A stretch of 63,585 bases of DNA, the filler included, from Nemertoderma westbladi (taxonomy: Eukaryota > Animalia > Xenacoelomorpha): NCBI GenBank assembly GCA_032718475.1. It is 3 parts of 3 records of this genome, joined end to end, with 100 filler letters (N's around TTAATTAATTAA, not from the genome) between each part and the next. Parts side by side here need not be neighbours in the genome. Positions count along the whole stretch, not along the records: positions 27,918 to 55,922 come from JAUCBJ010001409.1; positions 56,023 to 63,585 come from JAUCBJ010007291.1; 1 more part is not named here. One strand, 5' to 3'. Positions 51,529 through 63,585 of this stretch are shown here, one piece after another. Both the position numbers and the translations under genes were made by a program. The notes beneath the pieces were generated by a model. It was not told the DNA's origin and made no database searches. It saw only the letters and a program-made list of their open reading frames with translations. The stretch's first letter is position 1. Every line of letters starts with the position of its first letter.

Positions 51529-52241
51529 GGGGGGGGGTACACCATTTTGGTCCAAAATATCTCGAAATTTTTTTTATGGTCTATTAAAATGCACCTTTGA
51601 ATGGTGTTTCCAAATCTGAAAACCGCTATTTAATAGCTCTTTTAGTTTTCAAGTTATGTAAATTTCTATTTAGGGAATCCTATTGAAATTACTATTACTA
51701 TGTATAATGAAAGGTCAATTATCTCCAAATATTTTTTTCATGAAATTGTCAACTTCATAACCCTACTACTTCTACAATTTTTGAGTAATTAGTCTGAAAC
51801 TTCCTGTGGGTGTCTAGATAGCCACCCTGCATAAAAGTATCAGGCAACTTTTCGAAATTTTTTGTTAATAAAATTTAATACTATTTATAAAAAACCTAAA
51901 AATTAGCATAAATTTGGAGCGCCACCTAGCGGTGCAGAATTATTTTCACAAAATTTCGCCTGATAGTTATGTTGCCCCATCTTTGATCTATCATATAAAA
52001 AAATTTTCATGTGATTAGATTCAAAACTATAAAAGCGTTAGGGTTTTAAGCGCAACCAAGTTTTTTTTATTGTTAACTAGTATTAACTAATATTAAATAG
52101 CGGAAATTTTTTTTTTTCAGACCTGTCATGTAGAATAGCATCTTAGGCTCTTATATGCCAAATTTTAGCCAAAACCAAACAATTTTGAAACGCTGAGAGT
52201 GATAAATCAAAGAGTTGTCCGAAAATGGTGTACCCCCCCCC
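51529..52241. mobile_element. Kolobok-like non-autonomous DNA transposon
   Basis: ttaa|gggggggggtacaccatttt ... aaaatggtgtacccccccc|ttaa; TTAA TSD with G-starting TIRs; a second copy lies inverted at ~2063-2787. Confidence 0.85.
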
Positions 52242-55200
52242 TTAACCGGATACTTTCATTGATTAGTGTTCGTTCTGAATATATAAAAATGTACAATTAA
52301 TAGTGTTATTGGGTAGAAAAAATTATAGGCTTTCAAAAAATATACAACATGTCTAAGTTTAAGGAAAACCACAACATGTTACTGTAGTTGATGACAAAGC
52401 ATGTCAACTCAAAAAAAAAATTGAAGAAATCTGCATTTTTTCATATTTGATCACCGATAACTTTTCAACACTTTAATTCATTGTTAATATATTTTTTTCG
52501 TAAGCATGGTTATAAAATTCCCTTCAAAATGATATATACTGTAGTTTCCATACATTTCTGTCAGATTGAACTTGATTATTGAAGGGCAAATATTGTACTA
52601 CCAATTTGGCCACTTTTGAAGAGAATGACCCATATACTTTTATATGAAAATTGAAATATTTTCGATGTTATTGGTTTTCCAGGAGGCTGATCAACACACA
52701 ACTTGTTAAAAACATTTATGGTAGTGCAACCATCGGTGCTAGTCTTGTTGGACGAAAATTACAAGTAATGCAAAATTTCTAACTGCCAAAAGTGGAATTT
52801 GGTTGGATAATTTTGAAGCAATACGGGTTTTCGAGGTCACTGATCACGATAGAACGTTATGCAGACCTTTTATTTATGGTCGAGCAACTATTAAATTTAT
52901 TATCATTTTTTGCTACTTGTATTTTTCATGCTACATTGGTTTGGTACATATTTGAAAATACCACAATCAATAATAAATTATATTTTTGAGTATCACATCT
53001 GTGTTCAGCATCCCAAAAACCCATAAGGTCATGATAGAATCAGGTTGATTTGGTGAATATTTTTGATTATCAAATTTTCACTAGTTGTTTTTTCCGTGCC
53101 ACATAGAGGTGGCGCATACCAAATTACCAGAAATTCCCTCGTACATATGTTACATTTGAGTTCCATAATCATGATCATTATCCAAAAAACCAATACACCG
53201 CAATTTTGTTTATTTTTAGGGAATAACATCTTTTTGAAAATATCAGTACGAAAAATTTTAGGGATGGTTGTTAGAATGGGAGCACAGCACGAAAACCAAC
53301 ATAGCTATTTAATTGCTGTTTGCGTTGTGGAAATCCAAGATACAGATGAATACTGATAAATTTCTAAAGTGACCTCCGGGTCCAGATAACGGTGTTGCAA
53401 TCGTAAAAATAAGATGTTTAAATATAGTATGTTTGTTAATATTTTTTTGTTAGTTGTTCTGCTTTAACGTTGTTGGAAATAAATATTCGTAGTAATGGTG
53501 GTTATTTCTATTAATCTATATGAGGGTGAGAGAGGGGGGGGGGGGGGGGGGGGGTTGTTATTTACATTATTATATACTTTGAAGATTAATATATAAGAGG
53601 ACACTAGGGGTGGGAGATTCTTCATTCCACGGTTTAACCCTGTCGCAATGTACACTAGATCCAATGAATTATAAACTTAAAAGTAACTTATTAAGGGGTA
53701 TTGTAAACTTACTAAGTACTTATTAAGCTAAATTTAAACTTAAAACATACTTAATACTTTTAAGAAAACACAGTACATAAATTATGAAAAACTTATTAAG
53801 CACCGTCTAAGTCGTACGAATATCTTGGCAAGTTCTTGCCAAGTACTTGTTAGGAAGATTTTATGTAGACTTTAAAAGCACTTATTAAATCTATTCAATA
53901 TCCTGACCTGGGTAGTGTAGTTTATATCGGTATTTAATATATATATATATAATGCAACTGCAATGCAGCATGCCGATTGTAGTAGTAGTTGGTTAGAAAT
54001 GCCCGCTTCTGTCTGTCTGTATGTACAAGCACATGTCCTATGTGGTGATTTATTGTTTTAGTTAGAAAACCCTTCTGTTTTGGTTGGTTGGGGGTGGGAG
54101 GTACTTGCTACTGTGCTCCAACCAAAGGGAGCGCCGAAATGGCATTTTTGATGTGTCACAATTTGCATATTTCGATACTAAATACATGAAAGTTATAATA
54201 TGAAATTTATTTCATTATTATTTATTTTTAAGTTTCTAAACCACTTTTTAATATAGTATACTATATTTAGTGATAAATATTCTGTACACACACACTGTCC
54301 TATGTATAATCAACTTGCAATAATATTTATCATTGTTCTCTTTTAGGACAAACGTCTCATCATCCCACAGGGCCAATACATGATAGCCCAATCACAGAGA
54401 GAAAGGCCCTGTCTGAATTTAAGTCTAAATTCAAGAGCTAAGAAAAGGCCAGGGTACGCGTATGAATGTTATTTATCGATTACAATATACTCGTCTTTTA
54501 TATTTTACACATATTTCACATACTATACATACTGTACATATCTCACCCGATGTACTTAATAAGGTTATACTTCAAATTACGTGTCTCCTATTCTCAACGG
54601 AGTAAGTCATATTTCTATTTTCGAATTTACTATACAGTAATTGATTGAATTTATTAACATTTTAGGCAAAGAATTACTCAAACAAAACTGGATGCGGCAT
54701 GATGACCCTGTTCAACGACAATGGGAAAATAGTTGTCGCAGATAGTCCTGAGTCTGGTTTCGATAGCCTAAATGCGTTTATTGTAAGAAACAATAATAGT
54801 ATTCATGTAACTATGATTTATGTACACTCCAGAGTGTCCAGACCTACAGTTAATATACAAAAAAAATGAAGTACTAACTAAGCCTAATGCAGCAAAATGT
54901 ATCTTTTCAAGAAATGTATATTTAACAGATACTGTAGAAAAGAAATCGCTCCAGGTGATAGATAAAAGTGTTGCTAGAACTATTTGGAAGTGTTTTTTAA
55001 TAACTTTTTAACTTTTTTGCAAATAATTACACTACATAGTACCGATGCTCCGAGAGTTTTGTTAAACGAACGAATTCTGTAAACTACTTTACCACAAGAT
55101 GTGAAAAACGGGATATGAAACTATTGTTGTTAAACATGGCCCATGTGAAGTATACCAGAGAGGAGACTTTCTTCAACGATCAAATTCTTAAAAACTGTTA

Positions 55201-55922
55201 TATTAAACTTTGCAGTTTATCTCCATGTAAATAATACCAGATTTTCACTGAAGGCCCAGGTCACAGAAGGGTTAAATCGAACCAAAACAATAAACGAAGT
55301 ACCGGTCCGATATGTAGTATCTGTGCAGTTACAATATAGAAATAAGCGGATAATTTAAGCTTAATAAGAGGAAATTTAAAAAAAATTCTAAAATATATTC
55401 TTCATTAAAAGTATATATATTTTTAATAAAATTCCGACCGAATAGTGAAAACCTGGTATTCTTAACATTGGCGCATTTCATTGTTAAAAAATCGTATATT
55501 AAGTATTAAAATAGCACACTAGGAAAAGTTTGGACATAAGGTGGTATTATTTCTTTCATGCTAAGAAATATTTTGCGAATAAATTCGTAGCCTATATTGT
55601 CTATAAATAATATGCAAGCCATTGCAATGTAATTTATTCATGTATCCATGTATGCCATTGTCATATATTATAATTCTCGCATTATAAACGTAATAATTAT
55701 CATAATAATAATATTATATCTCGAATCATCGTTTAATATGCTAAAACTGGCAGGGTATAAAATATCTGCTTGCCAGAAGGGGCAAAGTTATTATACGTGC
55801 TTGCCAGAACGGGCAAGGTTATTATACGTGCTTGCCCAAACGGGCAAGGGTATTATAGGTGATAAACAACCGCGACCTCTATACTAACAGCAGAACTGTT
55901 GAACAGACCAATACCCGTTAAT

Positions 55923-56022
55923 NNNNNNNNNNNNNNNNNNNNNNNNNNNNNNNNNNNNNNNNNNNNTTAATTAATTAANNNNNNNNNNNNNNNNNNNNNN
56001 NNNNNNNNNNNNNNNNNNNNNN
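55923..56022. other. Assembly gap spacer
   Basis: N44-TTAATTAATTAA-N44. Confidence 0.98.
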
Positions 56023-56280
56023 TCCGCTGGGCTTTGAATTCAATACAACCACTAAATCAAGTTGGAAATTAGAACCGAGCTTAAAAAACTATAAAAGTCA
56101 TTCGAACAGGTTTCAGTTTTAATTTATGAGTAACCAACCGACGACAGTATTTGCTTTGATTTCCCTTAGAGATTCATTTTAATTGCGTCGAATGTCACCC
56201 CCCCCCCCCCCCCCCCCCTCTCTCCTCAAACAGTTGTGTAAATCTAGTTTATTTATATTTATAATTATAAATTTTCTCAG

Positions 56281-63266
<6,986 letters not shown>

Positions 63267-63585
63267 AGCTTCCATTAATTATTAATGGAACACGATACCT
63301 GATTGATTGATTTGACTAAAAGACTAATCCATTATTGTCGAACTGGAATATTTAACTATATATATCTGAATAATATGCCTATATGTGTAATTTTGTATAT
63401 ATGTTGTGTATATTATGTATGTATTTGCAGATATGTTTACTCGATAGCGGATACTCTAGCAATAAAATTCGGAAAAAGCTAATAACTAAATAATATTCAT
63501 TAATATAGTGATTCGCCCGCAATTCTTGAATCACAATTAGTTGTAGCGAAGTCTTTTCTTAAAGTAACAATATAAAATCCAAACT

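Noticed and set aside
52683-54760. Candidate PAH 5' exons (AG/GT-bounded pieces near 52683, 54349 and 54666)
   Set aside because: No PAH N-terminal motif (GAL/VL..F) in any frame I read; several frames have stops; they lie across an assembly gap.

Overview
AT-rich eukaryotic, probably invertebrate, genomic window with spliceosomal introns and two 100-bp scaffold spacers (N44-TTAATTAATTAA-N44). Host genes: (1) a phenylalanine hydroxylase (PAH) on the + strand with 7 exons read by hand (56281-63266; first exons not found, an assembly gap lies just upstream); (2) a 2.7-kb single exon encoding an NCOA/SRC/Taiman-like PAS coactivator on the - strand (30597-33333); (3) a chain of 10 phase-compatible - strand exons (129-25479) that may be the C-terminal part of that gene. 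Most of the rest is transposon-derived: a BEL/Pao LTR element with a 5-bp TSD and gag-protease but no pol, many copies of one RTE-like LINE with (TAG)n tails, other LINE remnants, hAT-, Kolobok-, piggyBac- and Tc1-like non-autonomous elements that are often nested, and several minisatellites. Best leads: the BEL/Pao element has no TGG tRNA-type primer-binding site but has a perfect 11-nt complement to a hairpin loop in its own LTR (Tf1-like self-priming geometry); a 32-bp minisatellite copies the real PAH 3' splice site about 34 times; and one RTE copy is flanked by a 155-bp direct duplication. All calls come from reading the sequence by eye; no database searches were run.
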